Both the position numbers and the translations under genes were made by a program. Shown in pieces: positions 21,432 through 30,867 of a DNA stretch of 48,917 nucleotides. Below the pieces are notes generated by a model that saw only the letters and a list, made by a program, of their open reading frames with translations, made no database searches and was not told the DNA's origin. Position 1 is the first letter of the stretch; each line of letters begins with the position of its first letter. Source of the DNA: an uncultured Clostridium sp. (GTDB taxonomy: Bacteria; Bacillota; Clostridia; TANB77; CAG-508); NCBI GenBank assembly GCA_947573555.1, contig CANPFO010000005.1, positions 1 through 48,917 of the forward strand, in the 5' to 3' direction.

Positions 21432-22133
21432 ATGAGACTAAATATGTTAAAACACACAAAGAAAATAAAAGAGATGTATGAAGATATACAAAAACGTATA
21501 TTTTATATGATACCTGAAAAATGGGATAAAATGTATTTATATTGTCAAGTATCAGAATCAGAAAATGGACAGAAAACAGGGGAATTATTCTTTTACTATA
21601 TTCCAAAAGGAATATTGAAAAAGAACCCTGTTAATGTATATGAAATACCACAGAAATTTAACTTAGACGAAAAAGAATATCTAAAATTGGTAAAAATTTT
21701 ATATAAAAAAATAGTACAACTAAGGGAAGAGTTTAAAAAAATAGAACTAACATCAACCTGGACAAATTTAACTATAAAAATAGAAGGTATAAAATTTAAA
21801 GTTGAATATGACTATGAAGACTTAAGCAAATCAAGATTTTCTAGTTATGAGAGACATATAATATGGAGATATAATGTACTTGGAATAAAGTTAGAGCAGT
21901 TGAATCGAAAAGAAAGGGACATATTAGAAACATATTTAATAGGAGAGAAAGTAATTAGACGAAGAGAAAGGTATGAAGAAAGTATATACATAAAAAATAT
22001 AAAAAACATTGTTGATTATGATACTGGAAATTATTTATATGAGCAAAATATAGAATATATAGCGACAGGAGACGAGAAAGTCAGAAATCAGATAATAATG
22101 TCTACTGAGCAAATGGAAGAATTAAAAAAATAA
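21432..22133 (+). CDS. DUF600/YezG-like putative immunity protein
   Basis: MIPEKWDKMYLY, FFYY, LREEF, WTNLTI and FKVEYDY pattern, recognised from memory of the family. Confidence 0.7.
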   Translation: MRLNMLKHTKKIKEMYEDIQKRIFYMIPEKWDKMYLYCQVSESENGQKTGELFFYYIPKGILKKNPVNVYEIPQKFNLDEKEYLKLVKILYKKIVQLREEFKKIELTSTWTNLTIKIEGIKFKVEYDYEDLSKSRFSSYERHIIWRYNVLGIKLEQLNRKERDILETYLIGEKVIRRRERYEESIYIKNIKNIVDYDTGNYLYEQNIEYIATGDEKVRNQIIMSTEQMEELKK

Positions 22134-22213
22134 AATTTATAGTAGTTATTAATTTTTAGAAGAAATTCTAATATAATATAAAATAAAAAACGAAGTGAAG
22201 GGAGCAAAAAAAG

Positions 22214-22906
22214 ATGATTTATTCAAAAGAATTAGAAGGAATGTGTACAGTAGCAAAAGGAGTAGACCATGGACCAGCACCAATACCAGAGGAAGGAAAA
22301 TGGGTTAAGGCAAAAGAAATAAAAGATATATCAGGTCTAACACACGGTATAGGATGGTGTGCACCACAACAAGGAGCATGCAAACTAACATTAAATGTAA
22401 AAGAAGGAATAATTCAAGAAGCATTAGTAGAGACAATAGGATGTTCAGGAATGACACACTCAGCTGCAATGGCAGGAGAAATATTAGTAGGAAAAACAAT
22501 ATTAGAAGCATTAAATACAGACTTAGTATGTGATGCTATAAATACTGCTATGAGAGAACTATTCTTACAAATAGTATATGGAAGAACACAATCAGCATTT
22601 TCAGAAGGAGGACTTCCAGTAGGAGCAGGATTAGAAGACCTAGGAAAAGGACACACAAGCCAAGTTGGAACAATTTATTCAAGCAAATTAAAAGGACCTA
22701 GATATTTAAACTTAACAGAAGGATACATAGTAGAATTAGGATTAGACAAAGATGACCAAATTATTGGTTATAAATATGTTCATTTAGGAAAAATGATGGA
22801 TAACATCAAAAAAGGAATTGATCCTAAAGAAGCAATAGAAAAAGCTTCTGGAACATATGGAAGATTTAACGAAGCAGTTAAAAAAATAGATCCAAGAGAA
22901 GAATAA
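22214..22906 (+). CDS. NifU/IscU-like partner of the GGGtGRT protein
   Basis: GWCAPQQGACK, IGCSGMTHS and LVCDAIN motifs. Conserved gene pair. Confidence 0.85.
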   Translation: MIYSKELEGMCTVAKGVDHGPAPIPEEGKWVKAKEIKDISGLTHGIGWCAPQQGACKLTLNVKEGIIQEALVETIGCSGMTHSAAMAGEILVGKTILEALNTDLVCDAINTAMRELFLQIVYGRTQSAFSEGGLPVGAGLEDLGKGHTSQVGTIYSSKLKGPRYLNLTEGYIVELGLDKDDQIIGYKYVHLGKMMDNIKKGIDPKEAIEKASGTYGRFNEAVKKIDPREE

Positions 22907-22938
22907 TGTCCAAAAGGGACGGTTCTGTTTGGACATTA
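22904..22938 (+). repeat. REP-like hairpin with a GGGACGG loop
   Basis: taatgtccaaa/tttggacatta 11-bp stem beginning at the stop codon, with loop agggacggttctg. Confidence 0.75.
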
Positions 22939-22957
22939 AATATAAGGAGGAATAAAA

Positions 22958-23962
22958 ATGGCAGTAACATTTGAAAGTTATGAAAGAAGAATAGAACAAA
23001 TAAAACCAGTAATGGAAAAATACGGAATAAAAGATTTTGAAGATGCATTAGAAATATGCAAAGAAAAAGGATTTAATCCATACGAAATAGTAAAAGGAAT
23101 ACAACCAATCTGTTTCGAAAATGCAGCTTGGGCATATACTTTAGGTGCAGCAATAGCAATAAAAAAAGATTGTACTAAAGCTGCAGACGCAGCAAAAGCA
23201 ATAGGAGAAGGATTACAAGCTTTCTGTATTCCAGGTTCAGTTGCAGATGATAGAAAAGTTGGATTGGGACACGGAAATTTAGCATCAATGTTATTATCTG
23301 AAGAAACAAAATGCTTTGCATTTTTAGCAGGACATGAATCTTTTGCTGCAGCAGAAGGTGCTATTGGTATAGCTAAATCAGCTAATAAAGTTAGAAAAGA
23401 ACCATTAAGAGTAATTTTAAATGGACTTGGAAAAGACGCAGCACAAGTAATTTCAAGAATCAATGGATTTACATATGTAAAAACAGATTTTGACTTCTTC
23501 ACAGGAAAAGTAAATGTTGTAGAAGAAATAGCTTATTCAGATGGAGAAAGAAGTAAAGTTAGATGCTATGGAGCAAACGATGTTAGAGAAGGTGTTGCTA
23601 TAATGTGGCTAGAGGATGTTGATGTTTCTATAACAGGAAATTCAACAAACCCTACAAGATTCCAACATCCAGTAGCTGGTACATACAAGAAAGAAAGAAT
23701 TGAAGAAGGTAGAAAATATTTCTCAGTAGCTTCAGGTGGAGGAACAGGAAGAACATTACATCCAGATAATATGGCAGCTGGACCAGCTTCTTATGGTATG
23801 ACAGATACTATGGGAAGAATGCACTCAGATGCACAATTTGCAGGAAGTTCATCAGTTCCAGCTCACGTTGAAATGATGGGATTAATTGGAATGGGTAATA
23901 ATCCAATGGTTGGAGCTTCTGTTGCAGTAGCAGTAGCGGTAGAAGAGGCTATGAAGAATTAA
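22958..23962 (+). CDS. GGGtGRT protein
   Basis: SGGGTGRTLHPDN signature. Confidence 0.95.
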   Translation: MAVTFESYERRIEQIKPVMEKYGIKDFEDALEICKEKGFNPYEIVKGIQPICFENAAWAYTLGAAIAIKKDCTKAADAAKAIGEGLQAFCIPGSVADDRKVGLGHGNLASMLLSEETKCFAFLAGHESFAAAEGAIGIAKSANKVRKEPLRVILNGLGKDAAQVISRINGFTYVKTDFDFFTGKVNVVEEIAYSDGERSKVRCYGANDVREGVAIMWLEDVDVSITGNSTNPTRFQHPVAGTYKKERIEEGRKYFSVASGGGTGRTLHPDNMAAGPASYGMTDTMGRMHSDAQFAGSSSVPAHVEMMGLIGMGNNPMVGASVAVAVAVEEAMKN

Positions 23963-23997
23963 TTTTATAAAAAATTTTAAACAGTAATCTACAAACT

Positions 23998-24062
23998 AAA
24001 AAGAGATAGTGAATTTCAAATTGTATTTTTAATATATACAGATTGAAATTTACTATCTTTTT
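23998..24062 (+). terminator. Long imperfect hairpin, probable terminator
   Basis: agatagtgaatttcaa/ttgaaatttactatct stem with a T tail. Confidence 0.6.
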
Positions 24063-24187
24063 GTTGTAAAAAATATAGGATGATATAAAATGTTATTACA
24101 ATAGTGGCACTAGTAACAACAATAATTAGTAAAATAAATGTTTTTATAAAAAACGAACAAAAATTTTATGAAATTTAAAAAAATGTA

Positions 24188-24243
24188 TTGACAAAATAAA
24201 AAATAGAATATAAAATAAGAACAACAAAACGAACAATGTTTCG
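24188..24243 (+). promoter_or_regulatory. Sigma-A promoter followed by a LexA (SOS)-like box
   Basis: TTGACA 24188, 17 bp, TAAAAT 24211. CGAACaatgTTTCG at 24230-24243 has one mismatch to CGAAC-N4-GTTCG. Confidence 0.6.
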
Positions 24244-24275
24244 TGAAACGTAAATTTGCAAGGAGTGGTATTAAA

Positions 24276-24791
24276 ATGAAAATAATGACAAAGAAAATAA
24301 AATTAAAAATAACAATAGAAGAAGCAGCAGAAAGACATCCAGTACCTATATTAGGAACGGATTATAAAGTAAAAATTACATATAAAAACATAAAGGTTGC
24401 TGAATTAGATGTAGAGAATAAAATTATAAAAATATCACTACCAAACAAATACAAAAAAGAAAACAATGAAAAAATATTAGATATAGCAATAGACAAAATG
24501 TATGAGCAGATAGCAAAAATAGAAGTAGAAAGAGCAATGGAAAAAACAAGATTACTATTAGGATTTGCACCAGAAGACTATGAAATTAAGAAAATAAAGA
24601 ATACATTAGGAAAATGTGAAGACAAAAAAATAATAATAAATCCAGAAATAGTAAAATACAATAGAAATATCATAGATTATATAATACTACACCAATATTG
24701 TCATCTAAAATATAAAACACATTCAAAATCATTCACTAATATGATAAAAAAATATGAACCTAATTTTGCAGAATATGAAAAAATACTATAA
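24276..24791 (+). CDS. YgjP-like/M48 metallopeptidase-domain protein with a degenerate zinc motif
   Basis: LGKC, IIINP and IDYIILHQYCHL..KTHSKSF. AAGGAG RBS. Confidence 0.8.
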   Translation: MKIMTKKIKLKITIEEAAERHPVPILGTDYKVKITYKNIKVAELDVENKIIKISLPNKYKKENNEKILDIAIDKMYEQIAKIEVERAMEKTRLLLGFAPEDYEIKKIKNTLGKCEDKKIIINPEIVKYNRNIIDYIILHQYCHLKYKTHSKSFTNMIKKYEPNFAEYEKIL

Positions 24792-24866
24792 AAATACTAT
24801 ATTTTTCTAAAATTTTATGATATAATTCAAAAATAGATAAAAAAGAACAAAGAGAGGGAATATAAA

Positions 24867-25976
24867 ATGAACAAATATTATTTTACATCAGAAAGTGTAA
24901 CAGAAGGTCATCCAGACAAATTAGCAGACTTTATTTCTGATAGCATATTAGATGAATATATAAAACAAGATAAAAATTCTAGAGTAGCAGTAGAAACATT
25001 TGTTACAGGAAATACAGTAGTAGTAGCAGGGCAAGTAACATCAAATGCAAAAGTAGAAATAGAAAAAATAGTAAGAAATATAATAAAAGAAGTTGGATAT
25101 GACAATGAAAATACAGATATAGATTATAGAACATGTGAAATTATCGAAAAAATAACAAAACAAAGTCCAGATATAGCACTTGGGGTTGACATAGGTGGTG
25201 CAGGAGACCAAGGAATAATGTTTGGTTATGCATGTGATGAAACAGAAGAATATATGCCATACGCAATAACAATGGCACATAAATTATCAAGAAGGCTAAC
25301 AGAAGTAAGAAAAAACAACGAAATAGAATTTTTAAGACCAGATGGAAAAACACAAGTAACAGTAGAATATGAAAACAATAAACCAAAAAGAATAGAAACA
25401 GTATTAATATCAATACAACATTTAGAAAATATAGAAACAGAACAAATAAAAAAAGATATTATAGAAAAAGTAATAAAAAAAGTAATTCCAGCAAATATGA
25501 TGGATGAAAACACAAAAATATATGTAAATCCAACAGGAAGATTTATAATAGGAGGACCACTAGGAGATACAGGATTAACAGGAAGAAAAATAATAGTAGA
25601 TACATATGGGGGATATGCAAGACATGGTGGAGGAGCTTTTTCAGGAAAAGATTCTAGTAAAGTAGATCGCAGTGGAGCATATATGTTAAGGCATATTGCA
25701 AAAAATATAGTAGCAAACGGATATGCAAAAAAATGTGAAATACAATTATCATATGCAATAGGAATGAAAGAACCACTTTCATTATATGTAGATACATTTG
25801 GAACAAGTGAAAAATCAGAAGAAGAATTGTGTAATATAATAAAAGAAAAATTTGACTTAACACCAGATGGAATTATAAATTACTTAAAATTAAGAGAGCC
25901 AATTTATAAAAATACAACAAATTATGGACATTTTGGAAAAGTAAATTTACCTTGGGAAAAAATAGTAAAAATATAA
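24867..25976 (+). CDS. metK: Methionine adenosyltransferase
   Basis: [19 protein letters not shown] and GGGAFSGKD motifs. Confidence 0.98.
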   Translation: MNKYYFTSESVTEGHPDKLADFISDSILDEYIKQDKNSRVAVETFVTGNTVVVAGQVTSNAKVEIEKIVRNIIKEVGYDNENTDIDYRTCEIIEKITKQSPDIALGVDIGGAGDQGIMFGYACDETEEYMPYAITMAHKLSRRLTEVRKNNEIEFLRPDGKTQVTVEYENNKPKRIETVLISIQHLENIETEQIKKDIIEKVIKKVIPANMMDENTKIYVNPTGRFIIGGPLGDTGLTGRKIIVDTYGGYARHGGGAFSGKDSSKVDRSGAYMLRHIAKNIVANGYAKKCEIQLSYAIGMKEPLSLYVDTFGTSEKSEEELCNIIKEKFDLTPDGIINYLKLREPIYKNTTNYGHFGKVNLPWEKIVKI

Positions 25977-25981
25977 ATATA

Positions 25982-26020
25982 AAAATGGGACTTTAAAAAA
26001 TTGAGCCCATTTTATTTTTT
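25982..26020 (+). terminator. Probable terminator after metK
   Basis: aaaatggg/cccatttt stem followed by T runs. Confidence 0.55.
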
Positions 26021-26081
26021 CACAATATGAACACAAAAGTATATTATAATAAGCAAAACATAAAAATGAAAGGAGAAAAAA

Positions 26082-28688
26082 ATGCTAAAACTAAGTAATA
26101 TAACTAAAATGTATAAAAGTGGAGATGAAAAAGTAGATGCATTAAAAGGTATAAGTATAGAATTTAGAGAATCTGAATTTGTATCTATATTAGGACAAAG
26201 TGGATGTGGAAAAACAACATTACTTAATATAATAGGAGGACTTGATAGATATACACAAGGAGATTTAATAATAAATGGAAAATCGACAAAAGATTTTAAA
26301 GATAGAGATTGGGATGCATACAGAAATTATTCAGTAGGATTTGTTTTCCAAAGTTATAACTTAATAGGACATCAAACTGTATTATCAAATGTAGAACTTG
26401 CATTAACAATTTCTGGAGTTTCTAAAAAAGAAAGAAGAAATAGAGCAATAAAAGCGCTAGAAGAAGTTGGATTAAAAGAACAAATAAACAAAAAACCAAA
26501 TGAATTATCTGGAGGTCAAATGCAAAGGGTTGCAATAGCAAGAGCTTTAGTAAATAATCCTGACATAATTCTAGCAGACGAACCAACAGGTGCTTTAGAT
26601 ACAAAAACAAGTGTGCAAGTAATGGAAATATTAAAGAAAATATCAAAAGATAAATTAATAATAATGGTTACTCATAATCCAGAACTTGCTGAGAAATATT
26701 CAAGTAGAATAATTAGAATATTAGATGGCCAAATTACGGATGACACAAATCCAATACAAGAAAATAAAAAAATAGATAGCAAAAATGACAATGGAAAGAA
26801 AAAAAGAACATCTATGAAATTTTTTACAGCATTAAGACTAAGCTTAAACAACTTGATGACTAAAAAAGGAAGAACAATTTTAACATCGTTTGCAGGAAGT
26901 ATAGGAATAATAGGTATAGCATTAATTTTAGCAATATCAACAGGTGTACAGAACTATATAAATAAAGTAGAAGAAGACACATTATCTTCATATCCAATAA
27001 CAATAGAAGAGTCAACGATAGATATGGCAAGTATGATGGAATCAATGCTAGGAACATCAGATAAAGATGAAAAACAAGAAGATGGAAAAGTATATTCAGC
27101 AGATATTATGAACCAAATGATTACAATGCTTTCTAATAAAAAAGAAAATAACAATTTATTAGAACTAAAAAAATATATTGAAAATGGAAACAATGGGATA
27201 GCAAATAATAGTAATAGTATAAGCTATGGATATGACCTAAAAATAAACTTATACAAGGAAAATATAGAAGATGGAATAGTTAGAGTAAATCCTAGTACAG
27301 TTATGAATGCATTTGGAATGGAAGAAATGATAGAAGCACAAAATAATTCTTCAATGGCATCTATGTTTGGGAGTTCAATGATGACAAATACAGATGTATT
27401 TATAGAAATGTTAGATAATCAACAATTACTAGAATCACAATTTGATTTAATAAAGGGAAATTGGCCCAAAGAATACAATGAGGTTGTTTTAATTTTAAAA
27501 GAAGATGGTAGAATAGATGATTATACATTATACTCATTAGGTCTAAAAAATCAACAAGAACTAAAAGATAAATGGAAAGCAGTAGAAAACGGAGAAAAAA
27601 TACAAGAAACAGAAAATGTAACATCATATACATATGATGATTTATTAAATCTATCATTTAAGTTATTATTAAATTCTGATTATTATGAAAAACAAAATGG
27701 ATTATGGATTAATAAACAAGACAATGAAACTTTTCTAAAAGAAAAAATACAAAAAGCAGAAAGCATAAAAATAGTTGGTATAATAAAGCAAAATGAACAA
27801 AGTGTAGCATCATCAGTAACAAGTGGAATAGGATATACCAAAAAATTAAAAGAATATGTTATAAATAAATCAAATGAAGCAGAAATTGTAAAAGAGCAAA
27901 AAGCAAATAAAGAAATAAATGTATTTTCAGGATTAAAATTTCCAACAGAAGAAGAAAGTAATAAAACAATGGCAGATTTGACAAATGAACAGAAATTAGC
28001 TATGAGTAAATTAAGTAGTGAAGAAATTGCCAAAATGATGGAAACATACACAGCAAATAAAAATGCTAGTTATGAAAAAAACCTAAAAACATTAGGTGCA
28101 ATTGATATAGAAACACCTACTTCAATTAATATATATCCAAAAGATTTTGAGTCAAAGGATAAAATAGCAGTAGCAATTGAAGAATATAATCAAAAACAAA
28201 GAGAACAAGGAAAAGAAGAAAATACAATCAATTATACAGACCTTGTGGGAACTATGATGAAATCTGTAAGCCAAATAATAAACACAATAAGTTATGTATT
28301 AATTTCATTTGTAGCAATATCATTAATAGTATCATCTATAATGATTGGAATTATAACATATATTTCAGTATTAGAAAGAACAAAAGAAATTGGTATACTA
28401 AGAGCAATAGGTGCATCTAAAAAAGATATATCAAGAGTATTTAATGCAGAAACATTAATAGTGGGACTAATATCAGGACTTATAGGAATAGGAATTACAA
28501 TATTATTAACAATTCCAATAAATAGTATAATATTTTTAGTAACAGGAGTTAGAGTAGTAACAGCAGTACCATTTAAGGCAGGAGTAATATTAGTTATTAT
28601 TAGTATGTTATTAACAATTATAGCAGGTCTAATTCCAGCTAAAATAGCAAGCAAAAAGGATCCAGTAGTTGCATTAAGAACTGAATAA
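26082..28688 (+). CDS. MacB/FtsX-type ABC transporter, fused ATPase and permease
   Basis: GQSGCGKT, LSGGQMQR, ILADEPTG, ERTKEIGILRAIGA and DPVVALR motifs. Confidence 0.93.
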   Translation: MLKLSNITKMYKSGDEKVDALKGISIEFRESEFVSILGQSGCGKTTLLNIIGGLDRYTQGDLIINGKSTKDFKDRDWDAYRNYSVGFVFQSYNLIGHQTVLSNVELALTISGVSKKERRNRAIKALEEVGLKEQINKKPNELSGGQMQRVAIARALVNNPDIILADEPTGALDTKTSVQVMEILKKISKDKLIIMVTHNPELAEKYSSRIIRILDGQITDDTNPIQENKKIDSKNDNGKKKRTSMKFFTALRLSLNNLMTKKGRTILTSFAGSIGIIGIALILAISTGVQNYINKVEEDTLSSYPITIEESTIDMASMMESMLGTSDKDEKQEDGKVYSADIMNQMITMLSNKKENNNLLELKKYIENGNNGIANNSNSISYGYDLKINLYKENIEDGIVRVNPSTVMNAFGMEEMIEAQNNSSMASMFGSSMMTNTDVFIEMLDNQQLLESQFDLIKGNWPKEYNEVVLILKEDGRIDDYTLYSLGLKNQQELKDKWKAVENGEKIQETENVTSYTYDDLLNLSFKLLLNSDYYEKQNGLWINKQDNETFLKEKIQKAESIKIVGIIKQNEQSVASSVTSGIGYTKKLKEYVINKSNEAEIVKEQKANKEINVFSGLKFPTEEESNKTMADLTNEQKLAMSKLSSEEIAKMMETYTANKNASYEKNLKTLGAIDIETPTSINIYPKDFESKDKIAVAIEEYNQKQREQGKEENTINYTDLVGTMMKSVSQIINTISYVLISFVAISLIVSSIMIGIITYISVLERTKEIGILRAIGASKKDISRVFNAETLIVGLISGLIGIGITILLTIPINSIIFLVTGVRVVTAVPFKAGVILVIISMLLTIIAGLIPAKIASKKDPVVALRTE

Positions 28689-28703
28689 ATAAGGGGAAAT
28701 ATA

Positions 28704-29372
28704 ATGGAAAAATTCAAATATTTAATAATAGTAGTAATGATAACAATAGCTATAATAGCAATTATAGTTTTAGGAATAAATCAATATATAAAAATATCGA
28801 CTAATAAACAAATAATTGACAATGAAGATTATTCAAAACTACAAAATATAGATTGTATACTTGTATTAGGTGCTGGAATATGGGGAGATAAACCTAGCCC
28901 AATGCTAGAAGATAGACTATTAGAAGCAATTTCATTATATAAAGATAACATATGTTCAAAACTTATAATGAGTGGAGACCACTCAAAATCTAATTATGAT
29001 GAAGTAAATGTTATGAAAGACTATGCAATCAAAAAAGGAATTGAATCAGAGAATATTTTTATGGATCACGCAGGTTTTTCAACATATGAAAGCATATATA
29101 GAGCAAAAGAAATTTTTGGAGCAAAGAAAATTATTATAGTAACACAGAAATATCATTTATATAGAGCTTTACATATTGCAAACAAATTAGGAATTGAAGC
29201 TTATGGAGTGGGCTCAGATCCAAGGCAATATACTGGTGCAACATATAGAGAATTAAGAGAAATTTTAGCAAGAAATAAAGATTTTATAAAATGTATATTT
29301 AAACCAGAACCAACATATTTAGGAGATACTATTCCAGTAAGTGGTAATGGAGATATAACAAATGATAAATAA
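28704..29372 (+). CDS. SanA/YdcF (DUF218) family protein
   Basis: N-terminal TM segment, LVLGAG, DHAGFSTYES and TQKYHLYRA. Confidence 0.9.
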   Translation: MEKFKYLIIVVMITIAIIAIIVLGINQYIKISTNKQIIDNEDYSKLQNIDCILVLGAGIWGDKPSPMLEDRLLEAISLYKDNICSKLIMSGDHSKSNYDEVNVMKDYAIKKGIESENIFMDHAGFSTYESIYRAKEIFGAKKIIIVTQKYHLYRALHIANKLGIEAYGVGSDPRQYTGATYRELREILARNKDFIKCIFKPEPTYLGDTIPVSGNGDITNDK

Positions 29373-29451
29373 TTCACCTATAAGTATAAGAGTAGTGCCT
29401 TCAAGAACAATAGGATATAGATTTAATAGGAAAATATTGATTTCTACTATA

Positions 29452-29491
29452 CAAAAAAAGAAGACATTGAAATATCAATGTCTCCTTTTTG
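29452..29491. terminator. Bidirectional terminator between convergent genes
   Basis: agacattga/tcaatgtct stem flanked by A and T runs. Confidence 0.75.
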
Positions 29492-29533
29492 TATAAAACT
29501 GTGGATATAGATAAATTTGACTTTGAATAATGG

Positions 29534-30076
29534 TTAACCAATTAGCATTCCGCGACAATTTTTAATTGGTCCAACACATTCAAAATGCTTAGCGATTACT
29601 GTTATATTCCCATAAGGAGAAAACTTTGAAAAACTTCCAAGGAAAATTTCTCTAGCTTTCAAGTCACCAGAATCATTATAACCTAAGATATAAATATCTT
29701 CTGTAGTAGTAACATCATCAGAAGTGTTGGAACATGAAACAAGATAGTTTCGACAATTAACATTATGAGCAAAACAAGAGCCCCCCACTTTAATATCACC
29801 AGTAGAAACTACTTTAGCAAACTTAGCATCAGATTCAACAATAATATCACCTTTATAAATCCTAAGGTCAACCAAAGAGATTAATGAATGTGCAATAATG
29901 TTTCCATTGATTACACTAATAGAATTAATTCTTTCAGAAATTCCTTTCAAGAATAATTTTCCAGATACTATAATACTTCCATTTACAACTTTAAGTTTAC
30001 TTGTAATAGTTAAGTTACCATCTAAAACATAATTTTCGTTTTTCAATATCAAATTTTCTAAAATCCGTTCTTGCAT
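29534..30076 (-). CDS. Hypothetical protein with beta-helix-like repeats (bactofilin/DUF342-like)
   Basis: AGGAGG RBS 8 nt before ATG 30076. Repeated G-D/N-I-x-V motifs. The only minus-strand gene in the window. Confidence 0.7.
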   Translation of the reverse strand: MQERILENLILKNENYVLDGNLTITSKLKVVNGSIIVSGKLFLKGISERINSISVINGNIIAHSLISLVDLRIYKGDIIVESDAKFAKVVSTGDIKVGGSCFAHNVNCRNYLVSCSNTSDDVTTTEDIYILGYNDSGDLKAREIFLGSFSKFSPYGNITVIAKHFECVGPIKNCRGMLIG

Positions 30077-30182
30077 TTGCAATACCTCCTATAATACAAA
30101 CAAATTTATTTTCCAGAATAATTATACCATAATATTGTAAAAATACCAATAACACAAATTAGAAAAAAGTTAATATAATATA

Positions 30183-30234
30183 TTGACAGTTGAATATCTA
30201 TTCAATTATAATATAGTTGAATAGATACTCAACT
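30183..30234 (+). promoter_or_regulatory. Sigma-A promoter overlapped by two ArsR/SmtB-type operator palindromes
   Basis: TTGACA 30183, 18 bp, TATAAT 30207. Palindromes agttgaatatctattcaatt (30188) and agttgaatagatactcaact (30215). Confidence 0.85.
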
Positions 30235-30253
30235 AATAAAGGAAGAGGTGATA

Positions 30254-30622
30254 ATGAAAATGTCCAAAAACGAATTTATATGTGATTGTAATGTAATACA
30301 TAAAGATATAGTAGAGCATACAATAAAGCAAATGGCAGAAGAAGATGTTCTTAATAAATTAGCAGAATTTTTTAAAATATTAGGGGACACAACGAGAACA
30401 AAAATATTATTTGCATTAGATAAAAATGAAATGTGTGTATGTGATATTGCAAATGTTTTAGGAATGAGTAAATCATCAATCTCACATCAATTAGGAACAT
30501 TAAGAAGAAGTGGGATAGTCAAATGTAAAAAAATAGGAAAAGAAGTTTTCTATATGTTAGATGATGAGCACGTAAAAGAAGTATTTGAAGTTGGCATAGA
30601 GCATATAGAACATAAAAGATAG
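30254..30622 (+). CDS. ArsR/SmtB family metalloregulator (CadC-like)
   Basis: FFKILGDTTR, EMCVCDIA, SSISHQL and DEHV motifs. Confidence 0.93.
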   Translation: MKMSKNEFICDCNVIHKDIVEHTIKQMAEEDVLNKLAEFFKILGDTTRTKILFALDKNEMCVCDIANVLGMSKSSISHQLGTLRRSGIVKCKKIGKEVFYMLDDEHVKEVFEVGIEHIEHKR

Positions 30623-30636
30623 AAAGGGAGAGAAAT

Positions 30637-30858
30637 ATGAAAGTAAAATTTAGAATAAAAGGATTAGACTGTGCAAATTGTGCAGCAGAATTAGAAAGAG
30701 CAATTCAAAAAGTAGAAGGGATAAGTGAAGCTTCAATAAGTTTTATAACAGAAAAGTTAATTATAGAATGTAAAGAACAAGAAAAAGAAGAGATAATAGA
30801 TAAAATTAGAAAAGTTATAAAAAAAGTAGAATCAGATGTAAAAATAGAAGAACTATAG
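30637..30858 (+). CDS. Stand-alone heavy-metal-associated (HMA) domain protein
   Basis: GLDCANCA motif. Confidence 0.9.
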   Translation: MKVKFRIKGLDCANCAAELERAIQKVEGISEASISFITEKLIIECKEQEKEEIIDKIRKVIKKVESDVKIEEL

Positions 30859-30867
30859 GAGGAGCTA

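Noticed and set aside
24792-24866. SAM riboswitch upstream of metK
   Set aside because: The gap is only 75 bp, is AT-rich and has no S-box consensus.
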